From an uncultured Planctomycetota bacterium (GTDB taxonomy: Bacteria; Planctomycetota; Planctomycetia; Isosphaerales; Isosphaeraceae), in assembly GCA_963845755.1 (NCBI GenBank), contig CAWJTV010000029.1:288001-352000 (forward strand): a stretch of DNA of 64,000 nt. The letters are read 5' to 3'. A model generated the notes under the pieces. That model was given only the letters and a program-made list of their open reading frames with translations. It made no database searches and had not been told where the DNA came from. Position numbers and translations under genes: made by a program. Positions 43,282 through 55,198 of this stretch are shown piece by piece (the stretch's first letter is position 1; every line of letters begins with the position of its first letter).

Positions 43282-44212
43282 ATGGACCGACCAACGATCC
43301 TCCTGCGCCGTTTCTTCCCCCCGGCCGACTGCCGCCCTCGTCGCGGGTTCGCGCGCCGCGGTCCGGCCACTGGAAGGCCGGCGACTCCTGACGGCGACCC
43401 CCGCGGTTTCGGCCACGATGACCCAGACCGCGACATTCCCGGACCTCGAGTCGTATCCCACCGTGAGTGACCAGGCGCTCCTGTACTTCGCCGCGACGAT
43501 GGGGACTTTGACCGAAGTGGACCTGGTGACGTCGGGGTCGTTCCAATCCCAGTTCTCGGCCGAGAACCTCGGGTCCTCGAGCCGCACGATCGCGGGGACG
43601 ACCACCGGGAACCTGGCGATCAACGTCCCGACGGGGGCGGTGCCGGTGGCCATCCCCTCGGTCACCCAGACGTTCAACGCCACGGCGTTCGACGGCAAGC
43701 TCGACGACGACGGGAGCAGCGGCAAGACGTTCGCACCGGTCACGAGCGGCGCCACGCCCCAGAGGATGGTGTTGACCTCGCCCGCGGACCTGGCCGCATT
43801 CACCGGCCATTTCCGGATCCCAATCAGCGTCTCCGGCCACGCGACCGGGAGCGTCGTCCCGAATAATGGTGACGTCTCCAGCGCCTTCCGGACCGATACC
43901 TCCGCGACCATCACCGTCACCTACCATTACATCCCGAACCTTCCCAGCCTCGATCCGCCGGCTGGAAGCCCGCCGACATCCGCCGGCGGCGGTGCGACTG
44001 CAGCACCGATCTCCTCGACGGCGGCCACACCGGGCACAGTCGGCATCCTGACCACATCCCCCCTGCCGGTTGTCTCTTCGACCCAAGTCAGGAAACACAG
44101 CTCCTCCCGGACTCGGCTCTCCTTCCGCCACAACCCGAGACCGCTCGACCTGGCCCGCCACCGCCCGACTCGGTTCGCCCTCGCGCATCACCATGGCCCG
44201 GGCCCGAATTAA
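43282..44212 (+). CDS. Secreted protein with PLEGRRLLT motif and choice-of-anchor-E-like domain (probable frameshift ~43350)
   Basis: MGTLTEV, FDGKLDDDGSSG, DLAAFTG, ITVTYHY; the frame of ORF 43418 reads AVRPLEGRRLLT upstream; ATG 43282 is one base out of frame. Confidence 0.75.
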
Positions 44213-44503
44213 CGCTAACCTTCCCCGACCTTGCCGATGGCTGCGAGATCGCCGAGGATTCGTCCCGCGTCATCGAGGAATCGCTCGCGGAGATCGAAGG
44301 TGACGGCCTGGCCTTGCGAAGGGGGGTTCGGGGGGGTGAATTCGCCGCGACTCAGGGCGTGCGCAATGCAAAAGTTAAGCGCTCTCGGAAGGGAGCAACT
44401 CCCTCGACGACTTCGGCCGGGGGCCGGGGGCCCACCTGCATCATTTCGGTCTTTCTTAACTTGACGGACCGATACTCATGTGTCACGCTAAGAGTTTGCT
44501 CCG

Positions 44504-44730
44504 AAAGCCCGCGTAGCGGGCGGTGTTGCCGCAGCCTGGGGCGTCAGCCCCAGAACCGAGGTGCCCCCACCATCTCCTCCCGCATAATCTCCCACAGTCC
44601 CGCCGCAACCCCTGGCGCTGCCCGGGGTTGCGGCGGGACTGGTGCGACAGAGGAAGTTTGATTCTGGCATGCACACATCCTGGGTTGACGCCCCAGGCTA
44701 CGGCAAGGCCGTCCCCATCCGGGGGCTCAG
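44504..44730. repeat. REP/BIME-like palindromic cluster
   Basis: AGCCTGGGGCGTCAGCCCCAG vs CTGGGTTGACGCCCCAGGCT, with a central CCCGCCGCAACCCC...GGGGTTGCGGCGGG hairpin. Confidence 0.8.
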
Positions 44731-44823
44731 ATAAGGTTTTATGATACAATTGATATATCGCACATCGTCGTTGTCAAGTTCCGCGACGACCGGACCTTGA
44801 TTTGCACCGAAAGGTCAACACCG

Positions 44824-46650
44824 ATGTCTCATTCAACGGGTCCGATCCAACCGCACAATGTCGGCGGCCCGTCGCGCGTGATTCAGGGCTACTTCCCCGG
44901 CGGACGTCCATCGATTCTTCAGGGGGCTCTCGCGCCCGCGAGTCCGGTTCGCCCGCAAGCACCGGTGGCGCCCCCGATCCAGGCCCAGCCGGCTTTTCCC
45001 GCGGCGCCTCGATTGCCCGCCCGTCCCGCCGCGGGTGCTGTTCAGCCGTCGTTACGTCCCGGTCATCCCTTACAACCGATCCTGCCGAACAAGTTCCAGC
45101 CCGGTGGCGGCGCCCTTCAGCCCGCGACTCCGCGGCGACCGCCAGTTCCCCAGCCGATCCCGCCGCAGGCCGTGCAAACGCGGAGCCACCTCCCCCAGGG
45201 GCCGGTGGTGCAGCGCATGGGCAACGGCGAGGCGTTTCCGTTGCCCGCGAATCTGGCGAACTTCGGCGGCGGCTCGGGTGGTCAGCCGTTGCCCGATCCC
45301 GTGCGGCGGAAAATGGAATCGTTCTTCAACACCAGCTTCGGGGATGTCCGCGTGCACGTGGGGCCGCAGGCATCGACGATCGGCGCGTTGGCGTTCACGC
45401 ACGGTTCGAATCTGTATTTCGCCCGGGTCAGTACAACCCGAACACGGCTCAAGGCCAGCAGCTTCTCGGCCATGAACTGACCCATGTCGTGCAACAGCGC
45501 ACCCGGGCGCATGCGCAATCCGTTTGGATCCGGCCTCGCTGTGGTGCAGGACCGCGGCTTGGAGGCCGAAGCCGAGCGGATGGGCCTGCACGCCGCCGCG
45601 CACGTCGTTCCCTCGACCGCCGCGGTGATCACGGCGAAAAAGGCCTCGTCCCCGCTCGGCATCACCCAGCGACCCGCCCAGTCGTTCGCGGGCACGCCGC
45701 GATTACAACCACGCTCCGTGACGATTCAGCCGTGGATGCCTGTTTTGGACTTCCTTCATCACAACCGACCTCTGGCAGGTGAGGATCGTATCGCTTACAA
45801 AAGGCGCGTGGAGAGGGTGTATAGGGAACGTAATTACCTTGTCACACGGCAAGAGATCAAGGACTTGCGCTCACGGATTTGGCAAAATGACGTGAGCTGG
45901 GCGCCTCTGGATGTCAATATCTCTCACGGTGAGTCGAAACACGGTAATTATTCATTCACGTTCGGCGAGGACACTGCGGCGAGTGCTTTCACGCTCGACG
46001 ACTGGAGCAAGGCCACGCAGAGGCCGGGCGGTGCTCGATTATTCGATCCAAGCATTATCTACGCGGATGTTTATTCCGCAATTCGCGGCTGGAACTGCAA
46101 GAAATCGATCCTTATCGACGTGGCGAAAAAGGTAATGGTGACGGCCAATGGGGATGCCTTGGTCGGTGCCGATACCTGGACGATCTCGCCCTTTTTTGCC
46201 TCCGCGAACCGACGCCGCGTGGTGCAGGTCGCAATGACGGCGGTTCAAGTTTTGACGATGAGGGAAAGCGAATTGCCCACTATGCCGGACAGCCTGGTTG
46301 AGACGGCTGGAGAGAAACGTCTTGCCGTGACTCCCTGGAACACGATCCTGCTGGAGTCGCGTAAGAAACTCAGGGAAAAACTCCTCGCTCGCACACCACC
46401 CCCGGCCAAAAGCGAAGATATCACATTCGTGGACGAGGTGGCCATCGCAGCTTCTGTGAACGCGAAACTGATCGAGGGTGGATATCTGACTGTCGATGAG
46501 GGTCAAATTAAACAGAATGCCAAAAAGACTAAGATACCGAAAGGTGGGGCTAAGACGTTCAATTTCACGGTCAATCATATTCGGGCTATAATCTTTTTTG
46601 ATTGGCTGTTCGTCGATGATTTGCTGGCTGGTGATCTCAGGAAGAAGTAG
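44824..46650 (+). CDS. DUF4157 (eCIS-core) protein with Pro/Gln-rich N-terminus and unknown C-terminal domain (frameshifts ~45421, ~45500)
   Basis: GQPLPDPVRRKMESFF...DVRVH...ALAFT / PGQY...LLGHELTHVVQQR / LEAEAERMG across three frames. Confidence 0.85.
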
Positions 46651-46767
46651 GTCGTAAACCTGGTGAGGGGAGCCAAAGCGGGATATTCTGGGTACATCCG
46701 GATCTGGCGCGCGCCCGGTCTTGAAAACGGTGGAGTTGTGATCTGGCCTCGCCCACGGCGAATCCTT

Positions 46768-46961
46768 GGCCCGAAGGGGCCGCAACATAACAGCCCGGGG
46801 CAACGCCCCGGGAACGGAGCCCCCAACGGGAAAATGCCCTGAAAGGGCGACACAGGTGCAGGCCGCCGGCCCGGTTTGTCTGGCCCTTTCAGGGCAGGGA
46901 TTGGGGTGGGCGACGCGTCCCCGGGGCGTTGCCCCGGGCTGGTTTGTCGGGGCCCCTTCGG
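46768..46961. repeat. REP/BIME-like palindromic cluster
   Basis: CAGCCCGGGGCAACGCCCCGGG, GCCCTGAAAGGGC and their inverted copies. Confidence 0.85.
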
Positions 46962-47321
46962 GGCGATTCGTGGCGGCTTCGTGGTCACCAATTCGCGGCT
47001 TCCTGATCGGTCGGCGCGCCGAAAGCCGGATGGACCGGAAATCGGAGGGTCCGAATCAGGGCCGGAATCCAGTCTCCCTCATTCTGGCGTCCCTCGTTGA
47101 ACCCTATCCTGTCGGGCCGCAGCGGTCATGGGTGACCCGGCGGATCGCCCCCTCATCCGCCCTTCGGGTACCTTCTCGCTCGGCGGGTAGAAGCGGACGG
47201 CGTGCGCCTCCGCCGAAGGAGACGAGTTCGCGGCGAGTCCCCGTTCTGTTGGGGCCTGTCGGCGCAAACCCCGCTTCGAGATCCTCGATCCCCGCAGCTC
47301 TCGATTCGGGACGAGGGTCCG

Positions 47322-50300
47322 TCAACGTTGTGGTCGTCGTCCGTCGCCGGGCCGGGTGGCGGACTGGACCGGGACTCGCGGGTCGGGGAGGCCGGGTCCG
47401 GAGTTGGGGCGACGTGGCTCGTCAACGAGGTTGGGGTCGGGCGCCACGAAGCGTGGGTCTTCTTCCATCACCTGGATGCGGAAGTCGTCGAAGAACACCT
47501 CACCATAACCGGCCAGTCCCAGCGTCACGGAAAACATCATGTCGGCCGGAGCCTTGCGATAGAGGACCACTCGCGCGTAGCCGGCGATGGGATCGCTGGA
47601 GCGGTACTGGAACTGCTCGCCGCCGATCGAGTCGCGGACGATGACGCCGCCGACGCCCGTCGTGGTCGCGTTGGGCCGCTTGACCAGGACCGAGACCCGG
47701 ATCAGGTTATTCGCTTGCACGCGGATCGACGGCGAACGGATCGCGGCCATGGGGAAGTCCAGGAACGGCGTCCGGAGCGTGTCGAGCTCCTGGCGTTCCT
47801 TCCAGGTGACGGTCAGCTTGATCGAGCGATCCGAGTCGGCGATGACCTCATCTTCGAATCGGTCGTCATTCTTGCCCTTGGCCCGCTTGGCTTTCTCCTC
47901 CTTCTTCGCCAGCGGCGGCTCCTTGCGCGTGGCGAGCCCGACGGTGTGGACGACCTTCTCGCTCTGGAAGCTGACGTCCATCCAGCCCTCATCGGTGAGC
48001 GCCGCCTTTTCGTCGAAACTGCCGGAGGGGACGCGATTGGCCCCGAATCGGAATCCGGGTCGCCCCTCCACCCAGTCTTTCCAGATATGGAGCTGGGGCA
48101 GCGTGAAGTAAGAGATCCCCGGTGGGCACGAGATCGCCGTGACGATCACGGGGGGCCGCGGGAATGGCTTGGGGACGCCCCGCGGCAGCTCGGGAAGCTT
48201 GGGGTTGAAGCTCAACGTGGCCGCCTTGCTGAACTCGGCCATGGCCTGCTGCCAGTAACCGGACATCACCAGACGGAGCGGCCGGCTGGCCCGTCGTGCC
48301 TCGGACCAGGCCTGGGAGTAATCCTCGCTATCCCGGGCGGCCCGCGCGAGTTCTTGAGGAACTTCTCCGACTCCGCGAGGAGATCAATGGCATCCGGCGG
48401 CCGGACCGTGATTCCCGCCAGCTCGCGCCCCTGGATGTCCTTCTCGGAGCGGAAGAGGTGGCCGTCGGCCTTGAGCCGCTCGTGGACGTCCTTGACCGCC
48501 TGGTACTGGATCTCGGCTTGCCGGATGGCCAGCGCCACGGCTTGCGGCCGGATCCTCTGGACGGCGGCCTGGATCTGTTGACACAGCGCCATGTCGTTGG
48601 TGCAGAGCAGGAGCGTCGTGACGCCGAAATCGGGGAGGGTGATCCGCGTACCGCCGGGTAGGCGGTCATCGGGCTTGCGCTCCAGGAACCGGGCATCGCC
48701 GGGGCTGATCTGCAAGGCCTGGACGCCCGCGGGCAGGACGGGGTAGATCGTCAGATTATTGTAGGCCATCTGGGGCGGGACCCACTGGGATCCCCCGCGA
48801 ACTCGGAGATGAGCAGGAGCATGCCCCGGTTCTCATCGAGGAGGATCGGCGTGGCAACCAGTCCGTACTTTCCCGCGAATTCCTTGACCTGCGGCATGCG
48901 CCGCTGCATCACGTTGGCCGTCGTCGGCCGGGTCAGCGGCTCCGGGTCGAAGACTTCGTAGGGTTTGAGTCGCTTGACATTGCGGGCGAGGATGGGCTCG
49001 CAGAGATTGATCTCGGCGTTCAACAAGGTCAGCTCGATCAGGAGCGCCTCGCCCGCCGGCCGCGTCAGGTCGGTATCGCCGAGGAACGAGAGGCCTCGGT
49101 ATCCGGCCGCCAGCGCCATGTAGGTCATGAGCCGGACCTGCTCGGGCTGGACCTGCGGAATGCCCCATTCCGGCGGCGTGTCTTTGCCCCAGATGTTCCG
49201 TGCCACTCCCGGCGGCGCCGTCGTCGGGATCCACGCCCAGAACAGGGCCTCCGGGTTGGATCGCACCGTCAAGTCCCGGCGCTGGTTCAGATACGCGAGG
49301 CCGTCCAGGAACGATTGGGACGTGCCCCAGACCGGCGGCTCGATCCCGATGACGTCGAGGTTCGAAGGGGAGCGGGCATACAGCCGGTATTCGCCGTCGA
49401 TCGTCGCCGTGGCCAGGTGCGAATCCTCGCCCTCCAGGCCCCGCATTTCCGACAGGATCTCCCGGACCCGGTCGAGCTCCTGCTTGCGCACGGCCTCCTC
49501 GCGCTGGCCGCCCAGATGTTCGGCGATCTGCCAGAGCAATACATTCTTGCGCGGGGAATGCCGTAATCTGGTCGAGCACGGCCTTCGTCCCGTCCGCCTC
49601 GTCCAGGCGGGGCATGAGGAGGAAATCCTGGGCGACGGCCGCGCGAAGCTTCTGCGGATCGGCCTTCGCGCCGGTGACCAGGATGTCGAAGCCGGCTCGG
49701 CGGAGCTGGACGAGGTCTGCATCGGGAGCCTCGATGGCCGTGGGGAGCCAGCCGACATACCGTCGGTCCTTGGTGAGCCGCTCGAGCAAGTTCCGGGAGA
49801 GCCGGAAGGGGGGCAGGTTGGGCCCGCTACCCGTTGCGTCGGCCTGCGCCTTGCGACCGGCCTCGGCGGATCGGGCAGCGGAATTACGATCCGACCGGGC
49901 CGCCGCGAGATCGTGGGGCACGGGGGCGACCGTAAGATCGTCGAGGAAGACCTCGGAATCGCCGGCTCCGCCCATCAGGTTCACGACGACCTGCTCGAGA
50001 TACGCCCCCTCCAGGGGGACGGGCCTGCGGGTCGACGCGCGAAGCACCCGCACCTGCCGCTCGATGGCCGGAACCATGTCGCTGAGCTCGAGCATCTCCC
50101 AGCGATCGACCCGTCGGAAGGCCGTGCCGCTCAAGAGCACATAGGACGGCGCCTTCGTGTCCGGATCGACATCGGCGGGTAGCACGACCTTTCCGAACAG
50201 CCGAACCCCTTGCTTGTTCGCTCGGACATGCAGGCCCACCCTCGACTCGGCCGTGACCGGGACTTTCGGCAGGGCATAACTCACGAAGAACTGGCTGCCA

Positions 50301-50557
50301 TTGCCGGCCTCGAAGCGGAAATGCTCGGATTGACGCCCGCCGTGCGCCGCCCGATTCGACCGGTCGTGGACCAGCAGACGAATCGTGGTGTCGGTGTACT
50401 CCCGCACCCAGCTCGTTTCCGGGGTCTCGAATCCGTCGCGCAGGGTCTCGACGGCGGCCGGCTTCGGGTCTGGCGGCTGTCCCTGGGATACAGCCCAGCC
50501 CAGCGCCAGCAAGCTCGCCGCACCCGCCAACGTCACGAAACGACGTGTGAAGACCAT
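47322..50557 (-). CDS. Large secreted hypothetical protein (~1070 aa; frameshifts ~49555, ~48790, ~48345)
   Basis: Signal peptide; coherent protein across ORFs 48833..50776, 48751..49758, 48266..48769 and 47322..48269; CBM-like FLDD/FFDD ends. Confidence 0.75.
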
Positions 50558-50666
50558 GGCTCGAGACCTCCCTGCCCGCGAGCCGAGGGGAAAGACGAGA
50601 AACCGGGCCGATCCTAGCCCGATCGCCAGACCTCGGGAAGACCAAATCCTGTCGGTGCTGAACCGC

Positions 50667-52345
50667 GGGAGCAGGAACGCTAATGTCGCCACATCCGGGT
50701 GTAGCCAAACGTCAATAGGAGAACTCGACGAATTTTGATAGGGTGGAAGGACGTTGGGGCAAGATAGCTTGATCATGGAGGATCGTCATGTTTCGCGGCT
50801 CGCCTACCGATTCGGCCCAGGATGCCCGTCTTCAGCGACTTCTCGGGATGGTCAAGGAAGAATTCTTCGCGGTTGATCAGACGGGTGCGGGGCTCGACTT
50901 CGCCACCATCGAGCAACGCGCTCACGAAGCCGGTCGCAAGGTGGCACGCCTGCTCTGCGAGCAAACCGCGTCTCAATGCGCCGAGTCCGCCGAGCACGAG
51001 CAACCCTGTCCCGGTTGCGGCCAGGCTTGCGCCGGAACCATCCAAGAGCGACCGCTGGAGACCCGCGACGGGCCGATCTCCCTCAAAGAGGCACGGCACT
51101 CTTGCCCGCGATGCCGGCGGGTCTTTTTCCCCCAATAGACCGCGCCAGGGCTTGGATCACCGCGGCTATAGCCCGACGATGCGGGCAATCCTGGTCGCGA
51201 TGGCCATCGCCGCCCGCTCGTTCGCCGAGGCCGCGAAATTGGCCGGCATCGCTGCGGAACTGAAGATCTCACCCCGCCACCTCCAGACGCTCTGCCAGGA
51301 ACAGGGAGGCATCGGAGTCGATGAGCAAACCGAGCGGACGACGGCCTATAAAGATCGCCCGTTGATGACGCCGACGACGGCCGCGAATCCGCCGATCGAG
51401 TTGGCCGCCGTCATGATCGATGGCGGTCGTATTCAGGTGCGCCAACCCGACCACGGGCCGGGGGTCCACGAGCCGGCTTGGAGGGAGACCAAGACGGCCG
51501 TCCTGCTGCGGATGAAGCGTCAGGTATCCGACGTCGATCCACAGCCGAACCTCCCCACGTGCTTTGCTGGACCTCTGGGATCGGCTGTCGAGCTGCCACC
51601 GGCGAGTGAATCGGCGACCCCGGCCGAGAAACCGGACTGGAGACCGGTCCCGGTGGTCCGCTCCGGGCTGGCCACCTTGAATGACAGCGAGACGTTCGGT
51701 TGGATGGCGGCTGCCGCCGCGGACCGGCGCGGCTTCTTCACCGCCACGGCCAAGGCCTTCGTCAGCGACGGCCTGCCGTATAACTGGTCGATCCAGCGTC
51801 GTCACTTCGCCGACTTCGAGCCGATCCTGGATTTCGTCCACGCCGCGGAACACGTGCACGCCGCGGCCAAGGCCACTGGCCAAGGCGTTGAGTTGGGCCG
51901 GCACTGGGCGGAGTCGTGCTGGGAAGGTCGCGTCGGGGACGTCCTGGGCGAGATCGCCGATCACCAAAGCCGGATCGATCCACCGACGAATCCCAAAGAC
52001 GACCCCGACCATCCCTGGTGCGTGCTCGATCGCGAGCGCGGCTACTTGGAGAATAATCAGTCGCGCATGGACTACCCGCGCTACCGCCGGGTCGGATTAC
52101 CCATCACCAGCAGCCCGGTGGAATCGTGGGTCAAGCAGCTCAACCAGCGCACCAAAGGGAGCGAGAAATTCTGGAACAACAACGCCAACCCCGAGGCCGT
52201 GCTCAACCTCCGCGCGGCTTGGCTCAACGACGACGAGGAATTCATCGACCAGATTCGCAACCGGCCAGGTCATCCCTACGCGCGGCCAGGTCGCGACACG
52301 CAAGCACCCATCGCTGCGTGAAAAATCATTAGCGTTCCTGCACCC
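50667..52345 (+). mobile_element. Complete ISKra4-family-like insertion sequence (1679 bp)
   Basis: IRL GGGAGCAGGAACGCTAATG (50667-50685); IRR reverse complement GGGTGCAGGAACGCTAATG (52327-52345); 9-bp direct repeat CTGAACCGC at 50658-50666 and 52346-52354. Confidence 0.93.
50788..52321 (+). CDS. DDE transposase split into orfA (50788-51138) and orfB (to 52321) at TTTTTCCCCC
   Basis: CPGC...CPRCRRVFFP zinc ribbon; IDGG, SDG, LDFVH, RMDYPRYR, SSPVES. Confidence 0.88.
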
Positions 52346-52389
52346 CTGAACCGCTCTCTCGGATCGATGGTCGCCTGCCGATCTCCCTG

Positions 52390-52667
52390 ACGCGGCCTTC
52401 GGCTGCAACCGAGAGAGGGATTCCGGATTCGCGATTCCGGATTCCGGATGACGAACGTATCCGGAATCTCGAATCCGGAATCCGGAATCCACGATCCCTC
52501 ACATGCGCGCACGGCGCAGGGATCAGATTCCAACGCGGCCTTCGGACGCAACCAACACGAGGGATTCCCGATTCGAGATTCCGGATTCCGGATGACGAAC
52601 GTATCCGGAATCTCGAATCCGGAATCCGGAATCCACGATCCCCCGATGCGCGTACGGCGCAGGGATC
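52390..52667. repeat. Tandem 2 x ~143-bp repeat, each copy with a GGATTCC/GGAATCC heptamer hairpin
   Basis: Copies start at 52390 and 52533; identical GGATTCCGGATGACGAACGTATCCGGAATCTCGAATCC core. Confidence 0.9.
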
Positions 52668-52885
52668 CTCCGGAGGAAGACTCCAAAAAAAGCGACTGGC
52701 TCAGGACTTGCTCTGGGAGGATCGTATGTGAGGGATCCCGATGAGAACCCTCTTCCAGATAATCCCTATAATCCCCGTAATTATCACAATACCCCGACTT
52801 TACCCAGTAAGATTAGTTTTGGTGATCCCACTCCCTTCTCCATTTTGTGATAGACTGGAGCAACTCCCAACGAAGAGGTGCATCC

Positions 52886-53152
52886 ATGAGTTGGACAACG
52901 AGAGAGACACGCACGACGAACCCGACGGAGCAGGTTCCCAGCGAGCTGGTGGTGTTGAAGGAGCGGATTCAGGGGCAGCCGCCGCGGGTTCGCGCCGAGC
53001 TCGAGCCACTCATCGACGAGGTGATGGAACATGCGATGTTCCGGAACCGGGTCATGCTCATCGCGCGGGATGCGCTCCAGCAGTTCCGGCTCGACCTGAA
53101 TTCGCTCCGCTTCGACCTCGAGGTCACGCGGAGGGAACGGCGGTCAGACTGA
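52886..53152 (+). CDS. Small helical hypothetical protein
   Basis: DALQQFRLDL...FDLEVTRRER; GAGG RBS upstream. Confidence 0.7.
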   Translation: MSWTTRETRTTNPTEQVPSELVVLKERIQGQPPRVRAELEPLIDEVMEHAMFRNRVMLIARDALQQFRLDLNSLRFDLEVTRRERRSD

Positions 53153-53312
53153 GCGTGCATGAGATGACGTTCTGTTGTAAAGTGCTCCGTGAGCACCGAT
53201 GGTTTCGACGTGGGCGTTCGTTGCTCCCAGAGTACCCTTCATCGCACGATGTCGGCGTCGCGGTGGGTCTCCATCCCACTTAGAAATTGTCCGAGACGCG
53301 GATCCGGGGTTT

Positions 53313-53372
53313 GTCGGGTGGGTGAAACCCACCAGAATCGGGACACGTCCTGGTGGGTTTCACCCACCCTAC
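53313..53372. repeat. REP pair GT(A/C)GGGTGGGTGAAACCCACCA / TGGTGGGTTTCACCCACCCTAC
   Basis: Inverted pair; same family at 54468-54608. Confidence 0.88.
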
Positions 53373-53390
53373 AAGATTCTCGGATGGTTT

Positions 53391-54422
53391 CTAACGCCCC
53401 GTGCGGCGCGGTAGCGCCAGCCAGGCCGTGATCACCCGGCCGACTTCGGCCAGGCTCTCGGCCGAGCAGTTCTCGGGGAGGTCATCCGCCTTGTGCCAGA
53501 AGGGGTAGTCGAAGTCGATGAGGTCGATCGTCGGAATGCCCGCGTCGTTGAGCGGGAGATGGTCGTCGAGCACTTCGCGACCGGCATCGTCGTGGAACGA
53601 CCGGGCATTGATCTGGTGCGCGACGGTCCAGACTTCGCGAACTAACCTGGGTGCCAGGAGCACACTGTTGGGCTCGCGCTTGATCGCGAGGTCCCGGCCG
53701 CCGACCATGTCCAGGACCATGCCGGCGGCGTATTTCGTCTTGTTCCCCCTCCGCTCGCGCTGCCGGGCATAGGCCCGTGCGAACGCCTTGGAGCCGAGGA
53801 AATACTCGCCCTGGCGGGGCCTGTCGCCAAAGACCAGTTCCTCGCCATCGAGGAGGACGAGGTCAACGCCCCAGGGCGTTTCTAGCTTGTCCAGATGATG
53901 GGCGAGTTCCATCATCAGGGCGACGCCCGAACCCCCATCGTTGGCGCCCAGGAACGGCTGATTCATCTTTTTGGGGTCGTTTTCCTGATCGGCCTGGGGC
54001 CGCGTATCATAGTGGGCGGCGATGATCACGCGCTGTGGCCGATCGGGATGCCAGGCGCCGATGAGGTTGACCATGTCCACGCGCTTGCCGGTCAGGGGAT
54101 GGATCGCCTGGAACGGCTGCTCCCGGACCTCTCCCCCCATCTTCTTGAAGTGTTCGGCGACCAGCTTACGCTGGCGGGTGTTGGCCTCCGATCCCGCGAT
54201 CCGCGGCCCGATCTCGCAGATCTTCTTCAAGTAGTCGTAGGCGCGCTTGCCATCGATGGGAGCTGGTGGCGGTGCAAACATGGCTGCGCTGGCCTCCGAG
54301 GAGCGGAATCGCTGGATCGCCATCCAGATCGAACCGGTCAAGACCGAGGCGAGGATGGGTGCGAGGCCCAGCCCGATGATCATCTTCCAGTCGTTCCAAT
54401 GCGGGATGACACGCCTTCCCAT
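53391..54422 (-). CDS. M28 family peptidase (glutaminyl cyclase-like)
   Basis: AHYDTR, GANDGGSG, DGEE, LDMVG, DDH, WH..DD. Confidence 0.92.
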   Translation of the reverse strand: MGRRVIPHWNDWKMIIGLGLAPILASVLTGSIWMAIQRFRSSEASAAMFAPPPAPIDGKRAYDYLKKICEIGPRIAGSEANTRQRKLVAEHFKKMGGEVREQPFQAIHPLTGKRVDMVNLIGAWHPDRPQRVIIAAHYDTRPQADQENDPKKMNQPFLGANDGGSGVALMMELAHHLDKLETPWGVDLVLLDGEELVFGDRPRQGEYFLGSKAFARAYARQRERRGNKTKYAAGMVLDMVGGRDLAIKREPNSVLLAPRLVREVWTVAHQINARSFHDDAGREVLDDHLPLNDAGIPTIDLIDFDYPFWHKADDLPENCSAESLAEVGRVITAWLALPRRTGR

Positions 54423-54467
54423 GAGTTCGACTCCGTGAAGATGACGCGCTCGCGAAATCCAGAATTT

Positions 54468-54608
54468 GTAGGGTGGGTGAAACCCACCAGGATCGGGGGT
54501 ACTTCTATTGGTGGGTGAAACCACCCTTACAGGGGTCTCGGATCGTGTCTTAGTGGGTGGAACCCACCGGGATCGGGCCACTTCATTGGTGGGTTTCACC
54601 CACCCTAC
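54468..54608. repeat. REP cluster (four GTGGGTGAAACCCACC-type units)
   Basis: Direct and inverted copies between maf and M28. Confidence 0.88.
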
Positions 54609-54614
54609 AGTATC

Positions 54615-55198
54615 TCAATTCAACAATCGGGGATAGGTCCGCAGCAACGTGACGAGTCGTTCCAGTGGCAGGCCCACCACGTTCGAGAAGCTTCCGTTGA
54701 CGACGGAGACGAACGGGTCCCGATCCTGCACGCCGTAGCCGCCCGACTTCCCTTCCCAACGGCACGAGTCGAGATAGGCGTCGCGTTCGCGATCGGTCAG
54801 CGGCTTGAAGCGAACGACGCTGATCTCGACGGCGCCGACCCATTCCTCCCGGGCCGCCCGGTAGAGACAGAGCCCGGTGATCACCTCGGTGTCGCGCCCT
54901 TCCTGGAGCCGGATCATCCGCTCGGCGTCGGCGCGATCGAGGGGCTTATTGAGGATCTCGCCGGCCACGGAACAGACCGTATCGGCCCCGAGGATCAGGC
55001 CCTCTCCGCGCCGTCGTGCCACCGCGGCCGCTTTTCGCCAGGCGAGCTGTGCGGCGTGTTCGGACGCGGATTCTCCCGGCTGCGGAGGCGGCTCCGCGAC
55101 ATTCGACGCCTCGATCTCGAAGAGATAACCGGCCTCTTCGAGCAACTGACGACGCCTCGGCGACGCGCTGGCCAGGATCAGAGACGGTTTCCGGTCAT
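54615..55198 (-). CDS. maf: Maf family nucleoside triphosphate pyrophosphatase (frameshift near start)
   Basis: LILASASPRRRQLL upstream of the track ORF, GADT, KP, GKSGGY, NVVGLP. Confidence 0.92.

Noticed and set aside
52390..54608. Repeats as a possible CRISPR array
   Set aside because: No constant repeat with unique equal-length spacers, and no cas genes
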